NCBI GenBank assembly: GCA_009103225.1
Contig: RHPI01000810.1
Location: 1,189,043-1,227,178, forward strand
Direction: 5' to 3'
DNA length: 38,136 nt
Origin: Chlorokybus atmophyticus
Lineage: Eukaryota > Plantae > Mesostigma and Chlorokybus algae
Part shown: piece by piece, positions 38,077 through 38,136 of the stretch
Layout of the letters: each line of letters begins with the position of its first letter
Numbering within the stretch: position 1 is the first letter of the stretch
The notes under the pieces: model-generated
What the model was told of the DNA's origin: nothing
What the model saw: the letters and a program-made list of their open reading frames with translations, nothing else
The model's database searches: none
Position numbers and translations under genes: made by a program

Positions 38077-38136
38077 TGCTTGCTGACAGATGCAAGCCCT
38101 TTTATGTATGACCCACCGGGGAAGAGGGGAGAGGGG

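Overview
Eukaryotic DNA of roughly balanced GC with short (about 50-180 nt) GT-AG introns, most likely from a green-lineage alga (inferred from the GT77 genes and the TE types). The window holds three paralogous 4-exon nucleotide-diphospho-sugar transferase (GT77-like) genes: two apparently intact on the minus strand and one frameshifted, inverted copy on the plus strand. They are separated by stacked transposable elements. (1) A decayed chromoviral Ty3/Gypsy LTR element (3715-16130) with TG..CA LTRs, a PPT and an AGCAC target-site duplication. Its RT/RNaseH region is replaced by an ~8 kb block encoding an intron-containing Plavaka-like transposase, an intronless bacterial/phage-type C5 DNA methyltransferase and two spliced orphan genes, with palindromic motif arrays. 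(2) A short Penelope-like RT remnant. (3) A pogo/Tigger DNA transposon (21243-24530, 24-bp TIRs, TA TSD) with a 570-bp (CA)n in an intron. (4) A ~10 kb Helitron2/Helentron-like element with RepHel, a spliced coiled-coil/RING gene, a spliced gene probably ending in a GIY-YIG nuclease, and 10-bp-phased ATATG/ACATG arrays in its spacers. The strongest novelty candidate is the methyltransferase-carrying Plavaka-like module. No rRNA, tRNA or CRISPR array was seen. All family assignments come from motif recognition by eye; no database search was run.
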